Assembly: GCA_032718475.1 (NCBI GenBank)
Contig: JAUCBJ010001372.1
Coordinates: forward strand, 1-64,000
Reading direction: 5' to 3'
Source of the DNA: Nemertoderma westbladi
Taxonomy: Eukaryota; Animalia; Xenacoelomorpha
DNA: 64,000 nucleotides
The notes beneath the pieces were generated by a model, which made no database searches, had not been told where the DNA came from, and saw only the letters and a program-made list of their open reading frames with translations. Numbering within the stretch: the stretch's first letter is position 1; every line of letters begins with the position of its first letter. Below, piece after piece: positions 11,786 through 24,669 of this stretch. Made by a program: the position numbers and the translations under genes.

Positions 11786-13843
11786 ATGGCGAGCAAATTG
11801 ATCAGAAAGAGAAAGGCGGAGTCAGGAGGAAAGGAGATACTGGTGGATTTCACCGAGAGGCATCCGGAAGAGAAGACGAGAGGATACTACGAGAGGTTGG
11901 AAAGGGGTCACGCGGCACGAGCGCTGCATGATCGCTTCCGGGAGATGCACGAACAGCGGCTGGTCGGGACCTACGGGACGCCGTCGCTGGACAACGCGAT
12001 CTTCCAACACTTCCACTACGTGGTGAAAGGGGACGAGGCGAAGTTCGGGATTCCGAAGTACCCGAGGGAATCACCGAGGAAGGACTGGAAGAGATTCATA
12101 GAGTCCGTCAACAGGGGAGGATATATGATCCTAGACGACGAGGGAACCGTGGAAGACGAGGAGGGTTCGAGACGAGGATCGGCGGGGTCGGCCAGGACCA
12201 TACTCCTACATTTGGGGGACATTACATTACAATGGGGACATCTTCTTATTCGATCTAGGAACGTATGGGAAGAAGGACGGGCCGAAATTAAACCGGTTAC
12301 CGAAAGCGGTACAAGTCTTGGTAAGAGAGAAGTCGACGACGAAAGTAGGATCGGCGATTCGCGAGGATGCGGAGAGAATCATCGGTCCGGACGCCACCAA
12401 CCTCCTGGATATGCAGAAGGTCTTTATGGCTATGACGGCACCGGATGGGTTGGGGGTAGTCGAAAACACAGGCCAATGCGGGGCGGTGGCAATGGGCCAA
12501 TTATTGGGGCTCGTGTGCCACAAACCGATGGATTGGGGGAAGTTCAGGGAAGAATACGGAGCAGAACTAGCGAACTCGCTAAAGTGGGGAGCGAGACCGG
12601 GAAAGCAAGAGGTATATCAATTCCGCAGAGGAGCGATAAAGGTATATCAGAAGCGATATATCCTGCAGGAAGATTGGATGATGATAAGTTTGCTTAACTT
12701 ATTTATGACCGTGGTTATCGAGAGGGAACCAGGGGCATTTCTGTTATCGGGATCACCCCTAAGCTACAGGAGAGCCTTTAAAATGGCCTTCGACGGTCTG
12801 GTAGACCACCCGGGGCTGAAGGGTGAGTCGGTGTACTACAACAGCCAGCATCTGGTAGACGGGGAGACGGATACGCCGTATCAGAGATGGGAGCAGCTAG
12901 AAACGGATAGACGAGAAGCGAAGCGACTGGAAGAAGTCGCCAGACGGGAGAGGATAGAAGCAGAGGAGAGGGAAGAGGAGGCCAGGACACAGAGTTACGG
13001 CTTCAAGGAACAGGCAGGCTTAGACGAGCTTCATTGGACTTCGTCAGGGAGTTCGGGGGAGTCTCTAGGGCGAGAACTGGGATGGACGGTGGGATCACCG
13101 AAACAGTCGACGTCGGGGTTGCAAATGACGCCCATACCAGCGGGCGCCGAAGGCGACCAACCGCCAAGGAAGTTAAGGGAGCTAGAGGGATGGAGAGCTA
13201 CGGGCGAGAGCCAAGGCGGGAAGGGACATAGTGGATCCATCGGGATACCGGGGTTGGAGCCACTGCCAGAGGAGGAAGAGGACGACGACGAGTTCGGAGG
13301 GGTGCCGCCCATCGAGAGGATTGGCCACTCGGACACGGACTGGGTTGGCGGAAGGGTGGTGACGGCCAGTGGGGCGATGGCCTTCTGGAACAGATCCGGC
13401 AAGTGGACCTGGGTGCACTCTTCCTTATCAATCAGGAGGCTCACATGGAAATCATAAAGCGGAGGCTACCGTTTACCTATCAAGAGGTAGCAATGGCGGC
13501 GTCGTATGCCGGAGTAATGAATACACAAAGATATTTGGACAGATGGACGCCACAGAACCGAGGGGAGTTTAGGGATTTCTTGGCGGAGCACGTACCGCAA
13601 GCAATGAAGATGATCCTATGGGACGCCACCAGAGGGAGACAACAGGACCACTCTGAGGAGCCACCGGCGAAGCGATATCGGGCACTAATAACACCAGCGC
13701 CCAAGGAGCCAACAACCAGAATCAGCAGGGAGGTGGCGGCGAAGGTCCGAAAGCAGATAGCGGATCCCAGAGGAGCGGTGGTAACCAAGAAACGACCCAG
13801 GGAAGAGGACGCCAGGGGGAACTATCCCCAGAGGAACAGATAG
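11786..13843 (+). CDS. Second gene of the LTR element: ~685 aa after correcting 2 frameshifts (~12164, ~13310), with a central OTU-like cysteine protease motif set
   Basis: ORFs 11777-12697, 12318-13457 and 13403-13843 overlap, and the downstream frames are open back to the shift points. Motifs: GLGVVENTGQCGAVAMGQLLG (Cys 12477), EDWMMISLLNLFMTVVI, ESVYYNSQH (His 12849). An acidic linker follows. Confidence 0.6.
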
Positions 13844-14554
13844 GTTCCCAGGGCCGAGGGAGAGAAACTGGGACTTGGACGTGGTACGCCTGGAAGGCGC
13901 CGCGTGGGACGTACGAACTATTAAGTACAAATCTAATTAATGCAAATAATCATATAAGTGCAATTTGTATGTACGTACGTAGTAATTAGTAATCTACAAA
14001 TATACGTTCGGAGTAAGTACTATAGTCATACAACCTTTCTCAATTAGCTACTGGGACTGGGGGGATAACTGACTATGGCACTATGGACGAGACACCAGAC
14101 AATTTCACACTTCTTGAGTGCGACGGCACAAGAGGGGAGGGAGATTCGTCAGAAGGGATGAAGCAGTCGAAGTGGGGTTGAGGAACGGAACAATAGTGCG
14201 AAGTGCGGAGAGAGTGCGGACGCAATTCTAGTGTGTGGGGGGGGGGGAGAATAAGAGGCTGAGTGAGGGACGAGGAGGTCCGAGGGTATGAGAGAGTTAG
14301 GGTGAGAGTGGAGAAGAGATAGGGCGAAAGTGTTGGGGAAACAAAAGTCGCGTGAGAGGTGAGCGCGATTGGCCCGACATGAGACGCCAGGCATATAGGG
14401 TAGCGTTATCATACCCATAGGGAGCGGCCTGGAAAGCCGGCTCCGAGAGAAAAGAATTCCACCCCACACCCGATACTAGATCGGGATCCAGCGGGATTGT
14501 AGCGCACTTAAGGTGGATGCTATCTTCTCACCGGGAAGATAGCATGGGGGGGAG

Positions 14555-15101
14555 TGTTAGCTTATTCAATCCCGCTAACACCCCATAAAGTTAAGCCGAT
14601 AAGCAATATTGGGGGCCACGAGATTGGGTAATCAACCAACTCGTGCCACCCCAACAAAATGGGAAGGAGAAACACAATGAGGGTCAGGGGCCAAACCCCT
14701 AACCCAGAGAGAACAGGTGGAGTGAACGGAAACACTCCAAAGGGCGCCAACAAGGGTATCAACCAATCAGAGGGGGGAAAGGCATCGATTAGGTAGAGTA
14801 ACAAGGCCAACCGTGCAATATAGCCACTTGGCAGTAATCATTTCAGTTCAGTTATCTCAGTATCATATTGGTGCTAGTTAGGTTAGTTAGTTTAGCTAGG
14901 GAAGGACCGGGACTTTAATTACCGTATCCCGCCTTCTGTATACGACAACATTATCCATATACCTATATCTATATACCCTATATCTATATCAGTTATTATA
15001 TACGACGAACGACACGAACTCCTAATACCTTTCATACACACGGCGGGGACGCGTAAACTAAACAACTGGATAAACCGGGATCCTTCCTGGATCCCGTCAC
15101 A
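14555..15101 (+). repeat. 3' LTR (547 bp)
   Basis: Direct repeat of 3959-4505, preceded by the PPT and followed by TSD TTTAC. Confidence 0.97.
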
Positions 15102-15249
15102 TTTACTTTGTTTGTATGGAGAGATGAAAACATTTATTGTACTTTGCCATATTGTAAAACAAATAAATTGACAGTGCCAGTTGCCTGCTGCCATGTTTTC
15201 CTCTATTTTATTGACATTCAACTCCTATGTATGCTCATTGATCCCACCA

Positions 15250-15510
15250 CTCTAGAAACATGCGCAAAGCTGCATAATGCTTCGCAGGACATTGCTTTCG
15301 TCGTGAGGACCAGCCTGTGAACAATCTAGTGCTTTGGCAGCCTCAAGGAGAAAATAAGCAGGTGGACCTGGACACTGGACAGCGCATGATTTTTGTGAGA
15401 CGCCTCTTAATTAATGGACACACACTGACTGGCATTGCAGATGCGGATAGTCTCGCGAAAAGTCATGGATGAGAGTTGTGGAGGAACAATTTTGTCAATA
15501 AGCCGGCATA
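15250..15510 (+). mobile_element. Degenerate 3' fragment of an RTE-like LINE (same family as 38600-38900, 47940-48025, 50085-50452)
   Basis: GCAGGACATTGCTTT..GTGAGGACCAGCC and CACTG..TTG.AGATGCGGAT..GTCATGG are shared among the copies. Confidence 0.7.
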
Positions 15511-15789
15511 GCTTCTTAACTCATGCTGATAAATTTAATAGCTACCAATACCATAGTATTGTGGGAGATGGTATAATCTAGAACACTACCGGTAATATAC
15601 AAACAAAACACAAAAAAAATTTAGGCATACTTAGTATACTAATGTCCACCAAGTTATCCTATGCAAAATCCCACTGGTAATCCACTAAATTTTCCAAATG
15701 TGTGGCTTTTTGAACCCACGTTAGCGAAGTTCCATTGAGTAAGATATTAATTGTAGGGTCTTTCCACGTTTTGGAAAACGGGATTCACT

Positions 15790-16035
15790 TAGATTTGCTT
15801 TTTAAATGGTTCGGGTTGGCGAATGCAGTACAGATCGATACCATCCTCGGAAGCCCCACAATGGAGCGGGTAAATCAAATATATATTGTCAGCATATACC
15901 AACACCCCTAAGTAATGAGTAACTATGTGACACCCTATACCTGATTTACGAAAACGCAGAATAAGCTTGTTCAGTACTATGTAGAACAATATTGAGGAGT
16001 CAACTGATCCCTGTTTTACTCAATTTGAAATGCTG
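15790..16035 (-). pseudogene. Reverse transcriptase fragment of a CR1/L2-group LINE
   Basis: VKQGS..S.ILFYI..GIGCHI..LGVLVYADNI.L corresponds to the RT QG..S and YADD motifs. Confidence 0.7.
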
Positions 16036-17284
16036 AAGTAACTTTAATAAAGAATTACCTCCCTGTACATTTTATTATTAGCAACTTAATTTTATTTCCC
16101 AACGTACCTCAGTTATTCTCAGTGATTCTGATAATATTGAATGATATTTATTCTGATTTTTATTAATTTATTTATAATAAATAAATATATAATAAATTTA
16201 AATAAATTTATAAAATAAATTTATAAAATAAAATAAATTTATAATAAATAATTTATTATGCCTATTATGCAAGTTTCATGTTGCCAATGTAAATTGGATG
16301 GCGGTAGATGTAAGTGCGGATGCGTAGATGCGGTGCAAGTGCACAAAACAAGGCACACCATTTTAAAAAATAACAACTCAAATTATTGTGTTATGTATTC
16401 AATCCAGTATATCAACTGAAGTGATTATACAACTGCACACAAGATGTACGTACAGGAAGAGCAACAATAGAACGGAAGTTTGTGCAATTAATTCAGGTGA
16501 AATCAAACTACTATTCTGAAACGAGTTTTATATATGTATCCGTTTTGCACGATATTTTAGAATTATTTTTATCAACGAGTTGTTTATATTTAATTTAATA
16601 ATAATAAATTGTTTTATTCACACATTGAACCAAAGTAATACTGTACATATGTAAATTATTATAAATATTATGAAATATGTTTTATAGAGTAGCCTATCGT
16701 ATTTCAATATCATTGTTTAATAGTTGCGTTTATCACCAGTGCAATAAGATGAAATCCGATAAATATATTTACCCCGGTATGGGGGTGTTGATTGTCTTTA
16801 AAAAAAAAGAAACGGGATATCAGAAATCGGCACATTTAATTCGTAAAATTAGCTAGATCTGTGTTAACATCTTGATTCTAAAGTTTGGAGTAAATGGATT
16901 CAAATTGTTTCACAATCTCAGAGACCTCTAAACTTATATTTATAGTGTTTCTGTGAATAGGGCTACCACGACGTAATTATTTATTTCATTAAATAAGTTT
17001 TATTTTGTTCGTAAGATAGGTGCATTTGTCTTTGAAAACGGTGTCTTTGTTATGATTAGTTCGTCGTAGGGCTTATTTATACTGAGCCCTAGTTACACGT
17101 TGCATGTTAAACAAGTCGGAATTTCTATTTATATCTGGTCTTCCTTCCATTGGACACCCAGACATTGTGTCAAAAAATGGTGCCATCTCGAACTCAACTC
17201 AACTCGGGATAGGCCCCCGGACCTTTATTAACAGATTCACCCAATGCACATAAATAATAATTTTAATAATTAATATTAAATAAG

Positions 17285-20200
17285 TGAACAAGTGCTATTT
17301 CTAATTATAGTTTATTAATTCAGAAATGATACATATCTATATATTAATTTAGTATACCGGTATTTTAGTACAGCAGTATATATGTGCTGACTTAGGCCTA
17401 GGGCCTACCTAGTACAGTATGTAATATCCCCCCCATGACAACGATATTGCTGTTTCACGAAATGGGACAGCTGTTGAGATGTCAGAATTGTTTTATCCTG
17501 AGATCATAGGAGAGTCTGTAAAATATCGATTATAAATTTGATCCTAAATGTAAATATATGTCATGGTAGGATCCATTAACAAAATGAACTATCTACTAAA
17601 CTTTGGAATTTCACCCATCACCAAACTCTCTAAAATACATAGGCAAGGTACTAAGTATTGTATATGATTATATCGCAGTTAGCAATAAACATGATTTAAA
17701 GTTATATATTTATAAACTTCCTAAAGTTTGAATTAGTGAAGATTCTGCTCTTCTGAGTAGATTTGAGAAGCTCAGCAGAAGATATTGTGTTGCTGCTGTT
17801 GATCCAAGCTTCATTCCCATGCAGCCTTTCAGGTGGAATCCCTGCATTTGATCTGGTAGATCTTCTCAGCCCGGGTTCATTCATTGTATTTTTGGTTAGT
17901 GGTTGAGGCCTTGCCTGGGGAGGCTTGGCCTGTTTATCCTTGATAGGAGTAGGAGGTGTTTGTAATCCCGTGTTTGATGGTGATGTCAGTTTCGCCGGTG
18001 TTGATGGTTGATGTGATATACTGCACTGGGACTAGCTTCCCTAGCACTTTTCAAAGGTGACTGTAACTGATCACAGACTATTTTCGCCCGATTCACATCA
18101 GAGGGCATGACATGGGTAGGGCTATCCTCTTCCCTATCTTTAGGCATTGAATTGGCTGTAGGAGTGGCCTGCTGTTGATATTTGCTGTCATATGCGGTTT
18201 GAGGTAGTTGAGGTGGATCTTGGCATGCCTGATGATGTTTTGAGTCTATAGTGGCTGGGGTGTTAGCGGGTGTTCCCCAGTTAGGTACGACCATCCTTGT
18301 AGTTGGGTGTCCATAGTTAAAAGGATCTATTTTTCGCAGAAATCTTCTGTTCCGGAGGGTTAATCTACGCGAACCCTCCAAACATACAACATATTGATCA
18401 TTATCCCTAGTCTCCATGATTCGACCAGTGCGGTCCCACCTGGTGGGATTGTTTCCTGACTGATTCTGGACCCGAACAATGTCACCCACCAGGAGGACAG
18501 GTAATTACTTGGATTTTGCATCTAGTTTTTCCCATTGTTTAGCAAGTCTGGTGCGGAGGGCAATCTCCTTCTCATTCCAAGTGTCCTTCCATGTCTGATG
18601 CACCTGACTCTGTGGCCCAAATACCTGTTCATTTGGAGGTAGAGGGAGAGTATCCCTCAGGGTTTTGCCTAAGAGGACTTGAGCTGGCGACATGCCACTA
18701 TCTTGCTCAGGTGTGTTTCTAAACTGCAACACACCACGTAGGAACTCATCTGTGTTCAGGTCACCTGAGTCGCTGGTGTTGTCCCTAAGAAGCCTCTTCA
18801 TAGACTTAACTGCCACCTCAGCCCTACCATTTGACTGTGCAAAGTATGCTGATGATTGCCTGTGTGCTACACCCCATCTCTTAAGAAAATCTGTAAATTC
18901 CTTAGCTGCGAACTCAGGGCCCCCATCACTCGAAATTTCTATTGGAACTCCATATGCTCCAAAAAGTAGTCGTAATGCCTGTGTGAGACCTTGGGATCCA
19001 CAATTCTCATTCTTTCTTGTGATATGGAATATACTCGGCCAATTTGTGAATCTGTCAACAGTGACCAAGTAGTAATTACCTTTGAGGTGGAAGTAGTCAG
19101 CGGCAATGGATTCAAATGGCATGGAAGGGGTTGTAGGCTCAGCAGGAGGCAAGCTTGACTGGCTGGGAGCAATAGAATCACATGTGGTGCATTTTGACCG
19201 GATAGTCTGTATATCTGAAGTAATCCCTGGCCAGAACACTGATGCCATAGCTCTACCTGTCATTTGAGTTGTCCCCTGGTGTGCTCCATGAAGGTGTTCG
19301 CAGACCTCATCACGGAGGCTCGGTGGAATAACCACACGGTCTTTATACATTACAACACCGTCTGTGACAGATAAATCATCCCGGTATTTCCAGTACTGGA
19401 TCAGCTGTGGGGACAGATTGCTTGCCCTCTCAGGGAAACCATTTTCTGCCATATCTATAAGCTGAAGAAGATGAATGTCTTTGTTTGTCTCATCTCTGAC
19501 CCTTTCCCAAGTTACTGCCTTAAGCTTGTCTAAACCAGACCTGGCAGCGGCAATAATGGCATCCTCAATGTCATCTATTTCACGAATAACTCTGATGGTT
19601 GCTAGGCAATCATCTTCAATGCCTATGAGAGTTTCGTCAGCCTCTAAGTTGCTAGGGTTTCTCGATGTTGCATCAGGGGCAGGGATATTTTTCCCAGGTA
19701 CATGGAAGATTCTGAATCTCCATGACATTGTTTTCTCCTTCAAGCTAAGAATTCTTCTGTTTGTTATCTCATCCAGTAACCTGTCACCAAGTATTTTGAT
19801 AAGTGGTTTGTGGTCAGTCTGGATAATAAGATCTGCGCATCCCCATGTAAAGAACTTAGTATCCTCTAGTGACCATGCAACAGCGAGACATTCACCCTCT
19901 ATAGGCCAGTAGTTTTCCTCAGCCTTCTTGAGGAACCGTGAACCTGCTAGTGTTATCCTCCAGCCACTTGGACAACATGTAGTAATGTCAGAATTACATT
20001 CACAGTATTTCTGGTAAAGGAAGTAACCAATCCCCTTCTTGCACCAGTCTGGGCTAAGGCAGGTCTTCCTCGATGGGTCAAATATTTCTACACCCTCTAT
20101 GATAGCCTGGCTTATCTCCAACTTAGACTGAATAAAAGAAGCCTCCAGGTCATCATTCCAGTGGAATCTTGTCTTTGGACTGAGGAGAGGCTTGAATGGG

Positions 20201-22940
20201 GACATAAGGCCTGTGAGACGACCATAGTGTGAGACCTGGTTGACCAGGCCAAACCATGCACGAACATCAGTTATGTTGGTAGGTCGTGGGAAATTCTTGA
20301 TTGAGTCAATATACTTGGGGAGTGGCTTGACATTGTTATTGGTAAGAAGGAATCCTGCAAACTCCACAGACTTTTGGCAGAATTGGAATTTCTTGGGATT
20401 TAGGATTATCCCATGTTTCCCCACGAGGTCCAGGTAGTCCATAATCCTTCTCCAATGTGTCTCCAAGTCATTGTCCCATAAAATTGTGTCATCGACACAT
20501 TTCGACTTTCTTTCTACATCAGCTATGAGCTTATCATATCGCATGTTGTACCCATCACCACTGGAAAGGTACCCCTGGGGGGCAACATTGTAATGGTATC
20601 GACCATTCTCTGTGATAAAGGTTGTGAGGTGTCGGTCCTCTTCCTTTAATGGGACAGAGTGATATCCATTCCAGGCATCAGTTACTGTTCTGTATGTATT
20701 GCTGGGTACAATCCGTGCCTGTTTGAATGGTGGAATCAAGTGGTATGATTCTCTGATGCAAACTTTGTTAAGTGGTCTGAGGTCAATGGTCCTTCGAGGT
20801 GAACCATCCGGCTTCGGCACAACATGCATTCTGTGACACCAGGTGGTAGGTGTCCCTGGCTTTACTTTAGACAAAACTCCTAGAGCCTCATCCTGATCAA
20901 GCAGAGCCTGGACCTCCTCTCTCCAATGGATTGGCACAGTTGCAGCAGTGTGCACTGCATGTGGAGTGGCCTCTGGGTCAATATGTATTGAAATAGGTGG
21001 GCCAGACATCATGGGCAGACGTTGGTGCGGACACCTATTGAATGTGGATGCAGAATAGTGTTCCAATAGCCATTGACGCATCTTAGTGATATTTTCCTCC
21101 CTGGCAGGGAAGGGAAATTCCTTTGGTTGGGGTGGTGGCTGTTGGTGATAAGGGCATCCACATGGAGCTGTTCCATTCAAACCAATACTACCTTTGGCAT
21201 TGTCACTGACTCCACATACTGATGCAGACCCAATCTTAGGAAAATCATTTCCAATTATCTGGAGTTGTTGCATAGCCTGTTTACTCAGGTAGAACAGAGA
21301 TGTTGAGTCAGTTACATATGCCATTATTGCTGTTTGGAGTTTTTTACCACTATCAGGGTTGACTCCGGATATGCGTAGGAAGATGGCTCCTAGTATATGG
21401 ATCTCCTCATGGTTGATAGCCCGTAGCCTATTCTTTACATGTGCTAAGTCTTTCTTCTTGAGTCCTAGGTGGTGTAGCATCTTTAGACCAATGAGGTTGG
21501 ATTGGGCACCTGTGTCAGTTATAGCTTCAATTGATGTGGGCCTTATCTTAGGGAAAGGAAGCCGGAGGTGGCTATAGTCAGATTGGTCAGTAGTCACTAT
21601 CAAATTTATCCGTGGCTGGGAACTAGCTGCTGCATTTTTCCAACCATCGGTACCATCGAAAATAAAATTGTCCAAACCCACTGTAGGATGGCCTTCTCTA
21701 GTTGAGGCCAGTTCAAACTTCATTGACGACATGAAGTTGAAAAAAGCATTGTTTTCTGGGATGGTTGAATTGGATTTTGTGCTCATTGTCATAGCTTTCC
21801 GACTATTGGACTGTCGCCAGCAGGCTTTGCATTTGGGAAAGGTAAGGAGTTTGTCATCTTTCCCCTTGCTGCCCAAGCGTATTTTGTGTTTGAGAAACTC
21901 TTTTCCACATTCCTCACACTTTGCTTTCAATAGGAGTCTTTTATCATTTGGATGAATCTTTTTGAAACTGAATGTGGCTGCTTGGTTTGATTCATGGCCT
22001 GGTTGAGGGGCTATAGATCTGATGGCACGCTCCTTTGTTTCAATTAAGGCAATTGTGTCGACCAGACTCATTTCATCCATTTTGTCAGTCCCAAGGACTT
22101 CAAGCTTGATATCTTCATCTGCCAGTCCTGTTATAACGACTAATTTAATGATAGCTTGACTGTAGTCGACCTTCAGATTACAACCGCCACATGTCTGAGT
22201 GAATCCACAGGTCTGGGCCTTTCCCCTAACCCTGGCAGCAAACACACGAATTCGTTCACCATGGTCTTGTCGCAGTGACAGTAATTCTGTCTGTTGGACA
22301 GAAATGGCCACAGAGACAACTGCCAGCTTTTTAATGGCTGCCAATAATTCAGCCTCTGACTTTGTGTGTGCAGTGGGATCATCCCTATGGATGTCTGACT
22401 TGAGGTCACTATCACAGCAGTTTAACAGGTGGACTGGAAGGGAAGCTGGGTTTATAGTTGTTGCCGACTTGAATATTTCCCACTCCCGCTCAAATGCATT
22501 CCAGCTATCCTCATAGATTCCCCCCTTAACCTTAGGTGCCTCAATCTTGGGAGCCTTTTGCTTTGCCGCTGGTGCGGTAGCCTCAGCGTGATCGGCATCA
22601 GGTGGGTGGGTGGACTGTAGGTGGTGCTGGAGCATTACTGCCCCGGCAGCGTCAGCGACGTCCGGGGTCCTAAACCCACAGTTATGGCGATGTGGCAACG
22701 AATAGTCGGCATTTTCAATAAGTGCTTACTTCTAGGTCTAGCCTGAACGCTGAACATATAGCATTTCAAATCACCATATCATTACAGTATATGTATCATG
22801 AACAAGTGTTATTTCTAATTATAGTTTATTAATTCAGAAATGATACATATCTATATATTAATTTAGTATACCGGTATTTTAGTACAGCAGTATATATGTG
22901 ATGTCTTAGGCCTAGGGCCTACCTAGTACAGTATGTAATA
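17285..22940 (-). mobile_element. Gypsy (Mag-like) LTR retrotransposon, near full length
   Basis: 142-bp LTRs at 17285-17426 and 22799-22940 (3 mismatches), TSD ATAAG (17280-17284, 22941-22945), PPT GGGGGGGA on the minus strand at ~17427-17434, and a gag-pol ORF. Confidence 0.96.
17702..22712 (-). pseudogene. Gag-Pol polyprotein (gag, protease, RT, RNase H, integrase) with a frameshift near the ATG, an in-frame stop at 18505 and a 3' frameshift
   Basis: MPTIRC..CGFRT N-terminus, ITDTGAQ protease, CVDD RT, TDHKPL RNase H, HGAH..CTTC plus AADYF/SSDGG/RAE integrase. Domain order PR-RT-RH-IN. The frame reads through TAA into LPVLLVGDIVRVQ, and an LRRSTR tail is present. Confidence 0.95.
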
Positions 22941-24669
22941 ATAAGGTGGTTAAAGGGGGTGGGGGGGGGGGGGGGGGGGTTGCGTACACTAAAAGTCGTA
23001 TTTTAAGTTTATTGTTATTTATTGGTCTCGAATAGCGAAATGGCATCATCTCTATAGAATCTCGAATATACTTATGCTACTTTCACACTGTAATATACGA
23101 CTTTTGTTATTCTCGCTGTTCTTTCGATATATGTTGTTTACCTTGCTGTTCTTATCTTTGTTATATAATATTAAAATTATTAAAAATATAATTTTAAATA
23201 AAATAAATAATAATAATAATAATAAAATATAATATTAAAAAATACTAATAAAATGAAAACTATTAATAAAAATTTATAAAAAAACCTTAAATTGTATAAT
23301 ATGTTTATGGTATTACCTTATATTTTTTACTTCCTTCTATAGGCATAGAATATCTGTTGGCCTAGTTAAATAATTTGAAAATATTAGGCAATGTTATTAG
23401 GAACTGATTATGACAGATACACATATTTGTTAACTACTAACTTTTGTTCGAAATTAAAGTGCTGCCCTCCAATTTCGTTTATATATGATCATTGTATTAA
23501 AGGTACAATATAGGGATGTGCTGCTAATGAAAAGTTAACTGGCACTCAGATTTGTAACAGAGTACTCAAATTCTTAACTGAATACTCTGATCAGCAAGTG
23601 GGGGCTCAGATGTGTTACTGGGTGCTTGGATTTGAAGATGGGATTCAGATTAATAACTGTGTGCTCAGATTCATAACCCAACACTGATTTGTAACCAAAA
23701 CGCTGATTTAAAAAAAGAGATATTCAAATGTAAAGTTCCTTACGTATAACTGTTTAAACAGGATAATTGAGGAATGCATGTTCTTCATCTTGGGAACAAT
23801 GTACTAATTAAGTGTACTGCATAACGAAAACCCTGAATGCTTGATTTGTAGGTATCTCAACTCAACACAATGATTGAATCACATGATTGAAAAATGGGAT
23901 ACCAATTAAAACGGGATACCAATTAGAATTTAATTATATTGACCAAAATTCGTACGGCTTTCTCCAAATCATGCATTTTGTTTCACCTGACTTTAATCAA
24001 GTTGACTTCGAGATGTTTAATTTTGTAGATTGGCTATGTAATCGTCGGATTTATTTTTGCAACTGAAGCATACGACATTGCATTTCCTTAATTTAACACA
24101 TTTAAAAGCGTTTCATACCATTGGTTTTGGGGGATTTACTGCTTAAAATTGGACAGTTACAAAATGACAGATGTAATGCAATCAGAGATGCATTTAATAA
24201 TACCAGTGATTTAGTGCCGTCACCTTGCCTGAATAAATCGAATAACATTAATTAATTAAGTTAAGATTCCACCTATATCCATACGGTACAATACGTATAC
24301 AATACGTATATAAGTACAGTGCTATTTTATATGCGCGTACTGACTGAATGAATAGCAAACTTTGATTATTTTCCATAGCAACAAAATAGTTATTGGTAGG
24401 ACTTACATAACTACAACCAATTTTAAGTAAGATAGACCTACAGACAGACATACAGACTAACTAGAATTAATTAAAAGTGAAAACTGACCTCAGAAATGAA
24501 ATCAGCAACTAGGAAAACCCCTAAAGCAGAAATCTTAGCATGGTTTTGTGGTTTCTTGTTGATATATATTGACAGACATTCTTACATATTAACAAACCGT
24601 TTCCTTGAGCGGGAAGGTTCAAACTTTAACTAGTCGGAATTAGAACGAAAAAAAATTTGATTTTTAAAT

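Larger units (their letters stand above)
3959..15101 (+). mobile_element. Non-autonomous BEL/Pao-derived LTR retrotransposon (gag-protease, no RT/RNase H, extra gene)
   Basis: TG..CA LTRs at 3959-4505 and 14555-15101, 5-bp TSD TTTAC (3954-3958, 15102-15106), PPT GGGGGGGAG before the 3' LTR, and BEL-type gag/protease motifs. Confidence 0.93.

Noticed and set aside
11786-13843. Env gene interpretation of the second ORF
   Set aside because: It sits in the env position, but no signal peptide, furin-site/fusion-peptide pair or C-terminal TM helix is visible. The N-terminus is basic (RKRK).
16275-16362. Cys-rich CXC-like peptide (CQCK..RCKCTKQGTP)
   Set aside because: Needs a frameshift, is very short and has no supporting ORF.
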